A stretch of DNA of 64,000 nucleotides, from positions 448,001 to 512,000 of the forward strand of contig CBDFJG010000004.1 of assembly GCA_965248445.1 (NCBI GenBank). Direction: 5' to 3'. Source of the stretch: Planctomycetota bacterium (lineage in GTDB: Bacteria > Planctomycetota > JAJSAM01 > JAJVHW01). The notes under the pieces were generated by a model that had not been told where the DNA came from, did no database searches, and worked only from the letters and a program-made list of their open reading frames with translations. The translations under genes and the position numbers were made by a program. Every line of letters starts with the position of its first letter. The first letter of the stretch is position 1. Positions 9,536-18,667 of this stretch are shown here, piece by piece.

Positions 9536-12135
9536 GCACGGCGGCTCTTCCGGGCGTGGGTGTGGACGAGCAGCGCGAGCTCGAGGACGGTGTGCGTGCC
9601 GCGCGTGCTTCGGAGTTGTCGCGTGCGTCGAGGTCGGTGAACGGCGCGAAGGTGATCTGGGCGCCGTTGCCCGGTAGCCAGGAAGCGTTCCTGCAGTGCC
9701 CGCTGTTCGAGGTCCTGTACCACGGGAGCCGGGGCGGCGGGAAGACGGACTGCCTGCTGATGTCGTACGCGCAGCACGTCGGACGCGGGCATGGGCCGGC
9801 GTGGCGCGGGATCTTGTTCCGTCAGTCGCACCCGCAGCTGGCGGACGTGATCGCGAAGTCGCAGGAGTGGTTTCCGCGGATCTTCCCCGGTGCGCACTTC
9901 AACATGAGCCGCACGGAGTGGAAGTTCCCCGACGGCGAGATGCTGCTGTTCCGGCACATCGCGCAGCCGGCGGACTACTGGTGCGTGCCGGACGGCGACG
10001 TCCTGACCGAGCGCGGCTGGGCGCCGATCGAGGACGTGCGTGTCGGCGAGCGGGCGCTCACATGCGACCTCGAGACGATGCGCGTCGAGCTGCTTCCGGT
10101 CCGGGAACGGCCGGCCTTCGACTACGACGGTGACATCGTCGAGTACGAGGGCCGCGGACGGTTCATGTCGTTCACGCCGAACCATCGGCTCGTGACCGCC
10201 GATCGAGAGCTCGTCCCGTACTGCGAACTGCCGCGCGAGGCGTCGATCTGCCGTGGCGGGTGGTCCGTGCAGCGCGAGGGGATCGAGTCGTTCGATATCC
10301 CGGCCGTCGAGACGCGGATCCCGTGCGGACAGCCGACGTCGATGAGCGGCGACGACTACTGCGAGTTCATGGGCTGGTATCTCGCAGAGGGGTCGACCGT
10401 CAAGACGCCCGATCGCACCGGCAGGCTGTCGAACATCATCAGCATCGCGCAGAAGAAGACGGACCGCCGCGCGAAGATCGCCGCACTGCTGGATCGGGTT
10501 GGGATCGGCCACAGGGCGACGGACACACAGTTCGTCTGGTCTTCGAAGCGCTGGGCGACCTGGCTCCGGGAGTACGGTGGGTTCCAGCAGAAGTTCATCC
10601 CGCGCAACATCATCGAGTCCGCGAGCGCCGCGCAACTTCGGCAGTTCCTCGACGCGTTCATCGACGGAGACGGGACGCGCCAGGGCGATCGCCTATACGC
10701 GTTCACGTCGTCGCCGGGACTGCGCGACGGAATCTGCGAGGTCGGTGTCCTGCTCGGGTACGCGCCTCACGTGCTCGTGCGCCATCGTGACGAACGCCAG
10801 GTCTCGTACCAGATCTCCCTGAACCCACGATCGAGCCATCGCCTCTACACCGACAACCGCGAGCGGAACATCCGCGAGAACAGCGCGAAGACGCAGGTGA
10901 CCCGTCGTCACCACAAGGGTCGCGTGTACTGCCTGAGCTTCGCGCGGAACCACACGTTCTTCATCCGCCAACGCGGGTCGGTCTGGCTGTCGGGAAACTC
11001 GTATCACGGCCATGAGCTGCCGTGGATCGGGTTCGAGGAGCTGACGAACTGGAACACCGACGAGTGCTACACGCGGATGTTCTCTTGCAGCCGGTCGTCG
11101 CGGAGCGGCATGCCGCGGATGGTGCGGGCGACCACGAACCCGTACGGGGTGGGGACGAACTGGGTGCGGGACCGGTTCAAGCTCGCTGGCCAGTGGGACA
11201 AGGTCGTGGTGATCGAGAAGCCGCTCGGTCGCGGCGGGAAGCTGGAGCCGCCTCGAGCGGCGATCCACAGCCACCTGCGCGAGAACACGGTGCTGATGGC
11301 GGCGGATCCGGACTACGAGCAGAAGATCCGCGCGTCGGCGACCAACGAGGCGATGGCGGAAGCGTGGCTCGACGGATCGTGGGACCTGGTGGCCGGCGGG
11401 ATGTTCGGGGACGTGTGGAACTCGCGCGTCAACGACGTGCCGGACTTCGACGTTCCGGAGTCGTGGCGGATCGATCGCGCGTTCGACTGGGGGTCGAGTG
11501 CGCCGTTCAGCGTGGGCTGGTACGCGGTCAGCGACGGTAGCGATCTGACGCTGCGCGATGACCGCGTGGTGTCGACCGTGCGCGGGGACCTGTTCCGGAT
11601 TCGGGAGTGGTACGGGTGGAACGGGTCGCCGAACAAGGGACTGATGATGCTCGCGGTCGAGATCGCCAAGGGGATCGTGGAGCGCGAGATCGCGTGGGGC
11701 TGGCGGAAAGACCGTCGGTGTCGCGTGAAGGCGGGGCCCGCGGACTCCTCGATCTTCTCGGTCGAGAACGGGATGAGCATCGCGATGGACATGGCGAAGC
11801 CGGTGCACATCGACGGCACGGTGTTCATGGGCATCGAGTGGCTGCGGGCCGACAAGCGGCCTGGCTCACGGAAGATGGGCTGGGAGATGGTGCGGAAGAT
11901 GATGGCGGCCGCGCGGAAACCTGCGCACGGCGGCCCGCGTGAGACGCCGGCGCTGTTCGTGGTCGGGAAGAAGAACCCGCAGTTCCTGCGCACGATGCTC
12001 GTGCTGCCGCGCGATGAGCGGGATCTCGACGACGTCGACACGAAGGCGGAAGACCATGTCGGAGACGAAGTGCGGTATCGCGTGCGTGCCGTCGGGACCG
12101 AGGTGACGTCAGGCACCACGGTGGGGATGTACTGA
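9532..12135 (+). CDS. terL: Terminase large subunit with intein
   Basis: Walker A GSRGGGKT, Walker B WIGFEE, RATTNP coupling motif, nuclease RAFDWGSS and EDHVGDEVRY; GTG 9532 overlaps terS stop. Confidence 0.95.
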   Translation: MSTAALPGVGVDEQRELEDGVRAARASELSRASRSVNGAKVIWAPLPGSQEAFLQCPLFEVLYHGSRGGGKTDCLLMSYAQHVGRGHGPAWRGILFRQSHPQLADVIAKSQEWFPRIFPGAHFNMSRTEWKFPDGEMLLFRHIAQPADYWCVPDGDVLTERGWAPIEDVRVGERALTCDLETMRVELLPVRERPAFDYDGDIVEYEGRGRFMSFTPNHRLVTADRELVPYCELPREASICRGGWSVQREGIESFDIPAVETRIPCGQPTSMSGDDYCEFMGWYLAEGSTVKTPDRTGRLSNIISIAQKKTDRRAKIAALLDRVGIGHRATDTQFVWSSKRWATWLREYGGFQQKFIPRNIIESASAAQLRQFLDAFIDGDGTRQGDRLYAFTSSPGLRDGICEVGVLLGYAPHVLVRHRDERQVSYQISLNPRSSHRLYTDNRERNIRENSAKTQVTRRHHKGRVYCLSFARNHTFFIRQRGSVWLSGNSYHGHELPWIGFEELTNWNTDECYTRMFSCSRSSRSGMPRMVRATTNPYGVGTNWVRDRFKLAGQWDKVVVIEKPLGRGGKLEPPRAAIHSHLRENTVLMAADPDYEQKIRASATNEAMAEAWLDGSWDLVAGGMFGDVWNSRVNDVPDFDVPESWRIDRAFDWGSSAPFSVGWYAVSDGSDLTLRDDRVVSTVRGDLFRIREWYGWNGSPNKGLMMLAVEIAKGIVEREIAWGWRKDRRCRVKAGPADSSIFSVENGMSIAMDMAKPVHIDGTVFMGIEWLRADKRPGSRKMGWEMVRKMMAAARKPAHGGPRETPALFVVGKKNPQFLRTMLVLPRDERDLDDVDTKAEDHVGDEVRYRVRAVGTEVTSGTTVGMY
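9982..10998 (+). mobile_element. Intein with LAGLIDADG homing endonuclease (339 aa)
   Basis: Starts CVPDGDVLTERGW, block B TPNH, EFMGWYLAEG and FLDAFIDGDG motifs, block F VYCLSF, ends SGN followed by Ser+1. Confidence 0.93.
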
Positions 12136-12839
12136 TGCGAGATCCGCTGTTCGGTTCCTTCATGAGCGCCACCGACGCGGCTGAGAAGGCATATGAACTG
12201 ATCCGCGCGATCCCGCGCGACGGGCGGGGGAACCCGCTGACACTCGAGGGCACGATTCGGTCTGTGATCCTCAAACACCCAGGCATGTTCAAGTACCGAG
12301 ACGACGTGCTCGGCATCCTCTACTGCGTGCTCGGGACCGGGATCCGGTGGCTGGGCGGGCGCCTCGGTGACGTGAACCCCAACGGCTACACCAATCCCCC
12401 GCCCGAGGCGGGAGGGCAGGGGGTCTGGTCGCTGGACCACGGCTTCGACGACTCTCTCAAGAGCATGGGAGCCGCTGGCGAGGCCATGCGAGAGCGCCTC
12501 AAGCAGCGGCACGCGGGGGAACTCCAGGCCGCGATCGAGACGATCGAGAGCATCGACGAGCGGTGCCAGCAGCTCCGGCCGGACGGCAAGTCCTGGTATC
12601 CGATCAGCTGGTACGCGTGCAACCTCTGCGCCCCTGAGGGAGCGCAGGCAGACTTCCGCGACGGAGCGATCGAGACAGCAACGCTCATCGTGAACGCAAC
12701 ACCGGAGCCGGGCACTCAGCGGTGGCTCATTCACCAGCGTACGAAGCGCGTCGCCGGGGAGATCCTCAGCGTGCTGCTGGCAAGGCCGACTGGCGATTCG
12801 CCACCGATCGCTGACGCGACTGCGGTAACGGTCCCGTGA
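12135..12839 (+). CDS. Phage hypothetical protein
   Basis: Start overlaps terL stop; coding-like composition. Confidence 0.6.
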   Translation: MRDPLFGSFMSATDAAEKAYELIRAIPRDGRGNPLTLEGTIRSVILKHPGMFKYRDDVLGILYCVLGTGIRWLGGRLGDVNPNGYTNPPPEAGGQGVWSLDHGFDDSLKSMGAAGEAMRERLKQRHAGELQAAIETIESIDERCQQLRPDGKSWYPISWYACNLCAPEGAQADFRDGAIETATLIVNATPEPGTQRWLIHQRTKRVAGEILSVLLARPTGDSPPIADATAVTVP

Positions 12840-13321
12840 TGGAGGCGCTTGCCCTCCCGGAGACGTCCGACAGCGTGAGGGCGCTCCACGTGATCGAGTG
12901 TCCGGACCCCGCGTGTGATTACGAGGCAGAGGTCCGTGGCCGGTTCATCCGCGCTGACGAAGCGCTGACGGCGCACCTTGTCGGCGAACACGGCGTGCGT
13001 CGACTGGCGGAGCTCGTGATCTCGCTCAGCACCGCGAAGACCATCGCGACCGGCGCTGCACTGCGCGCCACCGGAGCACCGGCGCGGCGTGTCGGGTGGA
13101 TGCGGGGCGATTCTCTGCCACCGATCGGGACAGTCGCGCGAGCGATCCTCGAGCACATGAAGACGATGCCGTTGCGGGAGTGGCGGAACCGTGAGCTGAT
13201 CTCGTTCGCGCCGGCGCATCTGAAGTCGAAGCCGGACACTCGGATCGGGGCAGAACTCACCAACCTCAAGAAGGCGCGGCTGATCGTGAAGGTCGGCCAC
13301 GGCCTGTGGAGAGTGCGATGA
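12836..13321 (+). CDS. Putative C2H2 zinc-finger + winged-helix DNA-binding protein
   Basis: CPDPAC...HLVGEH and C-terminal ELTNLKKARLIVKVGHGLW wHTH-like wing. Confidence 0.55.
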   Translation: MMEALALPETSDSVRALHVIECPDPACDYEAEVRGRFIRADEALTAHLVGEHGVRRLAELVISLSTAKTIATGAALRATGAPARRVGWMRGDSLPPIGTVARAILEHMKTMPLREWRNRELISFAPAHLKSKPDTRIGAELTNLKKARLIVKVGHGLWRVR

Positions 13322-13385
13322 GCAGCCGAGTACTTGCGTCAGAAGCGCGCGGGCGACGGCGACAACGACGAAAGGGAGACTCAGA

Positions 13386-13970
13386 GTGAGCATCGACACG
13401 CACCGCGTGGTCTGGGGAGCGGTCAATCCTGAGACAGCGATCGACATCAAGGCGACGGAGCTCGCGGCGAAACACGCTGACGAGCAACGCGCGCTTGGTC
13501 GGGAGATCCTGCACATCGATCACAGCGCAACGCGCTTGTCGACGGTCGTCGTGCAGGAGGTTCACGAGACGCGTGAGTCCGCGGAGGCGCTGGCGAACGC
13601 GGCGGAAGGCTGGGAGGCACTGAACAAGCACACGGGCGCGCCGGTACGCGGCATTCAGTACTTCGCGCCCAGCGTGGCGGTGGATCTCGCGCTGCTGTTC
13701 CGAGACGAGACGGAGACCGAGATCGACGCGCGCGCGGAGCTGCGCGGGATCGACCTGGCGCTTGGCGCCGCACAGCAGGCCGCGGACCGGGACTTCGGTC
13801 CTAGCCACATCCTGTGCGTGTGCACCGGTGATGATGAGGTGGACTCGAACTGCCCGGTGCACGGGAGCGTTCGCGCGATCGAGGCCCTCCGGGGGCCGAA
13901 GGCAGAGCGCATCCGGAAGAAGTACGCGGACGCGTCGAAGTCGATGGCGGGCGAGGCGGCGGATGGCTGA
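13386..13970 (+). CDS. Phage hypothetical protein
   Basis: RBS GGGAGA; CVC...CPVHG motif. Confidence 0.55.
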   Translation: MSIDTHRVVWGAVNPETAIDIKATELAAKHADEQRALGREILHIDHSATRLSTVVVQEVHETRESAEALANAAEGWEALNKHTGAPVRGIQYFAPSVAVDLALLFRDETETEIDARAELRGIDLALGAAQQAADRDFGPSHILCVCTGDDEVDSNCPVHGSVRAIEALRGPKAERIRKKYADASKSMAGEAADG

Positions 13971-14313
13971 CGACGCTCCCGATCGCCACCGCCAAGGCAT
14001 CGCGGACGGCATCGCGCTCAGCGCGGCCGTGCTACGCGAGCTCCCCCTCCTCTGGGCGGAGGCGTTCCCGACCGGCGTCGCGCGCGAAGGTGACTCGCCG
14101 GACGACATGCGCGCGTTCGTCGCCATGTTGGGCCCGTACGCGAAGTGGGTCGGAACGCACCTGTCGACCGTCGCGAACGTGTATCCGGCGCCCACGCACA
14201 GCCCCGAGAAGCTCGACGCGTTCATGGCCCGGAACAGGGCTTCAGCGGCGCTCGACATGGCGATGGGCGCGGCTTCGGTCGGCGCTCGCCCCCTGCCCGA
14301 CACCGACTACTGA
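13963..14313 (+). CDS. Phage hypothetical protein
   Basis: ATG 13963 overlaps upstream stop; MADDAPDRH... Confidence 0.5.
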   Translation: MADDAPDRHRQGIADGIALSAAVLRELPLLWAEAFPTGVAREGDSPDDMRAFVAMLGPYAKWVGTHLSTVANVYPAPTHSPEKLDAFMARNRASAALDMAMGAASVGARPLPDTDY

Positions 14314-14334
14314 CCACGAAGCGAGGACCCGTCC

Positions 14335-15801
14335 ATGTCCGTCAGCAGCCCCCACCCGCTCTACTCCGAGTTCCTGCCGGACTGGGAGCAGATGGACGAC
14401 ACGTTCCGCGGTCAGCGCGCCGTCAAGGACAAGGGCGTCCTCTACCTGCCGGCGACGAGCGGGATGATCGACGACGGCATGGGGGTGGAGGACAAGGGCT
14501 ACAAGCAGTACGTCTCGTACCGGCTTCGTGCTCGGTTCCCGAATCTCGTCGGTGAGGCAGTGCGTGCAGCGCTGGGCGTCATGCACCGCGAGCCGCCGAG
14601 GTTCGAGCTGCCGTCCCAGATGGAGTACCTGCGCGAGAGCGCGACGCCGACCGGCGAGTCGCTGTGGATGTTGCTGCAGCGCATCAACGAGCAGCAGCTG
14701 GCGTTCGGGCGTCTCGGGATCCTGGGCGACGTGTTCGACAGCGGCGCGCGCAGGAACAAGCTCTACGTCGCCATCTACTTCGCCAAGGACATCATCAACT
14801 GGGACCAGGGTCGTCGATCCGGCACCGGCGACAAGACCACGAACCTCGTCGTCCTGAACGAGACCGGGAACGTGCGAGACGGCGGCTTCACGTGGAAGGT
14901 CGTCACCAAGTACCGCGTGCTGGTGCTGGGCGACCTGGCGGCGAACGAGGTCGCCGGCGAGGGCGACTACGGCGTAGCGATGGTGGACGAGGACCAGGAA
15001 CTGGGCGCGGTGACGTTCACGCCCCCCGGGGTGTCCGGGAAGGCGGCAACCGAGATCCCGTTCGAGTTCATCAACGCGTCCGACCTCGTCGCGGAGCCGC
15101 AGTGCCCGCCGCTGCTTGGACTCTCGGACCTCTCGCTCGTGGTCTACCGCGGCGACGCCGACCACCGACAGTCGCTGTTCATGCAGGGCCAGGACACGCT
15201 CGTGGTCAGCGGGGGATCGTCGGACGACGAGGAGATTCGCGTAGGAGCCGGTGCCGTCCTCCGCGTGTCCGCTGAGGGCGACGCGAAGTACATCGGGGTC
15301 GAGTCGTCCGGGCTGGAAGAGCAGCGCAGGGCGATTGAGAACGATCGCAAGGAGGGCGCGGCGCTGTCAGGCGAGCTGCTCGACACGACGTCGCGCGAGA
15401 AGGAGTCGGGCGACGCGCTGCGCGTGCGGGTGTCTTCGCGCACCGCGAACCTCAACCAGGTGGCCACCACCGGTGCAGCGGGCCTGCAGTCGCTGCTGCA
15501 GCGGCTCGCGCGATGGATCGGCGCTGACCCCGCGAAGGTCGTGGTCACCCCGAACCTGGACTTCGTCGACGACCGCATGCCGGGTCGCGACCTGATCGAC
15601 CTTGTGACCGCCAAGGGGCTCGGCGCGCCGATCTCCTACGAGTCGATCCACGGTCAGATGAAGGCGCGCGAGCTGACCCAGTTGGACTTCGCTGAGGAGA
15701 TCAAGAAGATCGAGGCAGAGGGAGACCTCGAGTTGGCCGGCATCGCCGGCAGCACGAACCCGAACGGTCCGGCGTCAGGCGACGGCGGAGGTAGCGAGTG
15801 A
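14335..15801 (+). CDS. Portal protein (DUF4055 type)
   Basis: HPLY...W, VKDKGVLYLP, YRLRARFPN, PPLLGL, ESGDALRVR; position between terminase and head genes. Confidence 0.9.
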   Translation: MSVSSPHPLYSEFLPDWEQMDDTFRGQRAVKDKGVLYLPATSGMIDDGMGVEDKGYKQYVSYRLRARFPNLVGEAVRAALGVMHREPPRFELPSQMEYLRESATPTGESLWMLLQRINEQQLAFGRLGILGDVFDSGARRNKLYVAIYFAKDIINWDQGRRSGTGDKTTNLVVLNETGNVRDGGFTWKVVTKYRVLVLGDLAANEVAGEGDYGVAMVDEDQELGAVTFTPPGVSGKAATEIPFEFINASDLVAEPQCPPLLGLSDLSLVVYRGDADHRQSLFMQGQDTLVVSGGSSDDEEIRVGAGAVLRVSAEGDAKYIGVESSGLEEQRRAIENDRKEGAALSGELLDTTSREKESGDALRVRVSSRTANLNQVATTGAAGLQSLLQRLARWIGADPAKVVVTPNLDFVDDRMPGRDLIDLVTAKGLGAPISYESIHGQMKARELTQLDFAEEIKKIEAEGDLELAGIAGSTNPNGPASGDGGGSE

Positions 15802-16070
15802 GCGAGCCACGGCGCCTGGTCGTTGTGACGTGGGTCGACTCGATGGGCTGCGCATCGACGTGGTCAGACATCGAGGAGGAGATGACCACTCCGGCTCTGC
15901 CGACCTGTCGGTCCGTCGGCTGGGTGGCACACGACAGCGAGACCTGCATCGTCGTGGTCCCACATGTCGCGACCCACGAGGATCATGAACTCGACCACGG
16001 CTGCGGCGATATGACGATTCCGCGTGCGGCGGTCGTCAGCGTCGAGGACCTCGTGAAGGCGCCGGCGTGA
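15798..16070 (+). CDS. Small conserved phage hypothetical protein
   Basis: VTWVDS...CRSVGW...MTIPRAAV pattern common in phages; overlapping start/stop. Confidence 0.65.
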   Translation: MSEPRRLVVVTWVDSMGCASTWSDIEEEMTTPALPTCRSVGWVAHDSETCIVVVPHVATHEDHELDHGCGDMTIPRAAVVSVEDLVKAPA

Positions 16071-17308
16071 CCACCACCGCCATCCCGCCCATCGACACCG
16101 ACGCGCCGACCGCGTCCGACCAGTGGACCGACGCGAACGTGCGCCACGTGATCGGGTTGCTGATGGTGTCAGACGGTCTGCGCGAGCGGCTGTGGAGGAC
16201 GCTGGACGCCACCGAGCCAGAACTGCGTCACGAGATCCTGGACCGGCTGCGACGCGTGCGCGGCCTGCAGTCGGCGTCGGACGTGCGCCGTGTGAAGCGC
16301 CTCATCGAGCGCCTGCGCGCGATCCGATCGCGGGCCTGGGAGGACGTGTCGAAGCACTGGCGAGAGCAGGCTGTCGACGTCGCGCTCAGCGAGCCTGGCA
16401 CGGTGGCTCGGATGCTGCGCACCGTGTTGCCGGTTGCGGTCGTGCTCGCCCTCCCCGCGCGGGCAGCGCTGCGAGGTCTGGTCGGTTCTGGCGAGATCCG
16501 TGGCCGCACGCTCGCCGCGTGGATTCGTGACCTGCGTGCCGCAGACCTCAAGCGCATCGAGGACCAGATCCGGATCGCCGTGTCCGCCGGCGAACCGTCG
16601 GAGGTCGCGGCCCGCCGTGTCGTCGGAACGACCCGCGCGCGCGGGATCGACGGTGCAACGCAGACGACTCGCAGGCATGTCGGCGGGCTGGTGCACACCA
16701 GCGTGATCTTCGTCAGCCAGGCCGCGCGATCGTTGTTCTTCGGCGAGAACAAGGCGCTGCTGCTGCAGGAGTTGTACGTCGCCGTACTCGACGGCCGCAC
16801 GACACCGATCTGTCGGAGCCTCAGCGGCAACGTGTACGCGATCGGCGTCGGTCCGCATCCACCGGTGCACTTCCGATGCCGTTCACATCGCGTCCCGTTC
16901 CTGAACGGCGACGCGATGACCAGCGTGCCCACCAAGCCGTTCACGGAGCAATTGCTGCTGGGCGAGTTCGCGGCCCAGCAGGGCTTCACGGCACGCCCGA
17001 GGTCGCGCGCTGCGATCCCGCGCGGGTTCCGGGGCAAGTACGACGCGTTTCGGCGCCGGCGGATCCGCGAGCTCGTCGGGACAGCAAGCGCCGAACTGTC
17101 CTACGCGGAGTTCCTGCGCCGGCAGTCGGCTGCGTTTCAGGACGAGGTCCTCGGCAAGGCGCGCGGGAAGCTCTTCCGGTCCGGCGAACTCGAGCTCCGG
17201 AAGTTCGTCAACGCGCGCGGACGGCAGATTCCGCTCAGCGATCTGGCGCGGTTCCACGCCGACGCGTTCCGGGCGGCGGGCCTCGACCCGTCGGAGTTCA
17301 CGATATGA
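16067..17308 (+). CDS. Minor head protein, MuF/SPP1 gp7 family
   Basis: AVLDGRTTPICRSL, PPVHFRCRS, QDEVLGKARGKLF. Confidence 0.9.
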   Translation: MTTTAIPPIDTDAPTASDQWTDANVRHVIGLLMVSDGLRERLWRTLDATEPELRHEILDRLRRVRGLQSASDVRRVKRLIERLRAIRSRAWEDVSKHWREQAVDVALSEPGTVARMLRTVLPVAVVLALPARAALRGLVGSGEIRGRTLAAWIRDLRAADLKRIEDQIRIAVSAGEPSEVAARRVVGTTRARGIDGATQTTRRHVGGLVHTSVIFVSQAARSLFFGENKALLLQELYVAVLDGRTTPICRSLSGNVYAIGVGPHPPVHFRCRSHRVPFLNGDAMTSVPTKPFTEQLLLGEFAAQQGFTARPRSRAAIPRGFRGKYDAFRRRRIRELVGTASAELSYAEFLRRQSAAFQDEVLGKARGKLFRSGELELRKFVNARGRQIPLSDLARFHADAFRAAGLDPSEFTI

Positions 17309-17529
17309 AGGTCGACATGGACCGGGCTCTCCTGTGCGGCTGCTCGGTAGCCCTGACGGGCGACGGCCGCACCGGCGGTAGCGTCACCTTCGAGTGGTGC
17401 CCGAAGCACGACGCGCTGCACGGGAGCCCACTCTGCGACTGCGCGGTTTGTCAGGCGAAGGACCGAGGCGAGGACACTGAGACCCTGCGCATCCTGCACG
17501 CGACGCGGGCCATCTACGATCACCAGTGA
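17305..17529 (+). CDS. Small Cys-rich hypothetical protein
   Basis: ATG overlaps MuF stop; CGC, CPKH, CDCAVC. Confidence 0.5.
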   Translation: MKVDMDRALLCGCSVALTGDGRTGGSVTFEWCPKHDALHGSPLCDCAVCQAKDRGEDTETLRILHATRAIYDHQ

Positions 17530-17595
17530 CCGGCATGTGCCGGTCGAAGACCGAGAGCGAGCATGGCTCGCAGAAGGAGATAGGGCATGGCCCTA
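17528..17595 (+). promoter_or_regulatory. Three tandem AUG-capped hairpins in the scaffold leader, the third enclosing the start codon
   Basis: GACCGGC-ATGT-GCCGGTC, GCGAGC-ATG-GCTCGC, TAGGGC-ATG-GCCCTA. Confidence 0.65.
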
Positions 17596-18414
17596 CGACA
17601 CGTCTACGAGAAACAGGAAGACATCCCCGAGCAGTACGCGGAGTTGTTCGCCGAGAAGAACGGCCAGTGGGAGCTGACCGGGATTACCGGGATGAAGACC
17701 CAGGCCGACGTCGCGCGGGTGCAGGAGGGGCTGAAGAAAGAGCGCCGCGCACACGGGGCGACGAAGGAAGCGCTCGAGAGCTACACGGAGCTCGGTGAAC
17801 TCGAGGATTTGCAGAAGACGCTCGACAGGATCCCGACACTCGAAGCCGCCTCCAAGGGGAAGCTCGACGACAACGCGATTCAGGAGGCGGTCGATCGTCG
17901 ACTGGAAGGCGAGATGCGCACACGCATCGCGCCCGTCGAGAGAGAACTCGCCGCGGTCAAGAAGAAGAACGGCGAACTCGAGTCCGAGAACCAGGAGCTC
18001 AACAAGGACAAGATCCAACGCAAGCTCTGGGACGTCCTGGACCCGCACCTCGCGGACGCGAAGGTCCGCCTCGAGCACATCGAGGACGCGCGCATGTACG
18101 CGGACAAGCACTTCGAGTTGACCGACGACGGCAAGTTCGTCACCCGGGACCAGGTCGGCGTCACTCCGGGGGTCGACGCGAAGATCTGGCTCGAGGAGAT
18201 GGTCGCGAAGAAGCCGGGCTGGGTCCCCCCATCGCAGGGCGGAGGCGCTGCCGGCAGCGGGAACACCGGTCTGGGCGGCGAGAACCCATGGTCCCCGAAG
18301 ACGTGGGACATGACCGCGCAGGGCAAGTACCTCCTGGCGCACGGTCCCGAGAAGGCGGCCCGGATGGCCGCCGCCGCGGGGACCACCGTCGGAGGGACGC
18401 CCGCGGCCGCATGA
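17587..18414 (+). CDS. Head scaffolding protein
   Basis: RBS AAGGAG; coiled coil; C-terminal SQGGGAAG...NPWS..TWDMTAQG typical of scaffolds; directly before capsid. Confidence 0.85.
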   Translation: MALRHVYEKQEDIPEQYAELFAEKNGQWELTGITGMKTQADVARVQEGLKKERRAHGATKEALESYTELGELEDLQKTLDRIPTLEAASKGKLDDNAIQEAVDRRLEGEMRTRIAPVERELAAVKKKNGELESENQELNKDKIQRKLWDVLDPHLADAKVRLEHIEDARMYADKHFELTDDGKFVTRDQVGVTPGVDAKIWLEEMVAKKPGWVPPSQGGGAAGSGNTGLGGENPWSPKTWDMTAQGKYLLAHGPEKAARMAAAAGTTVGGTPAAA

Positions 18415-18478
18415 GCCCCCCCGGGGGCTCGGTGCTGCGGCAGCGAGCCCCCATCCTCAGCCCGTGACCTACTACGGG

Positions 18479-18506
18479 TTGCGCGTGTCTTGCAATGTGA
18501 TACACT
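18479..18506 (+). promoter_or_regulatory. Sigma70-type promoter for capsid operon
   Basis: TTGCGC-16 bp-TACACT with extended TGn. Confidence 0.55.
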
Positions 18507-18512
18507 CCGTAC

Positions 18513-18662
18513 GTGGCCGAGGCGCATGGCGTTCTCGACCACTCCCGCTCGCTGCAGGGACGAAGTCGCCCATGGGGTTTGACTCCGAAGTTGCAGCGCC
18601 AAGTGGGCCGGCCATGGCGTGCGGCTCGTAGCCGAATCGTCACTCCAACCTCTTTCGGAGGT
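18513..18662 (+). promoter_or_regulatory. Structured capsid 5' leader with three C-AUG-G capped hairpins and an RBS-sequestering hairpin
   Basis: Hairpins 18513-18542, 18561-18587, 18605-18627; AACCTC-TTTCG-GAGGTT pairs the GGAGG RBS. Confidence 0.6.
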
Positions 18663-18667
18663 TCCCC

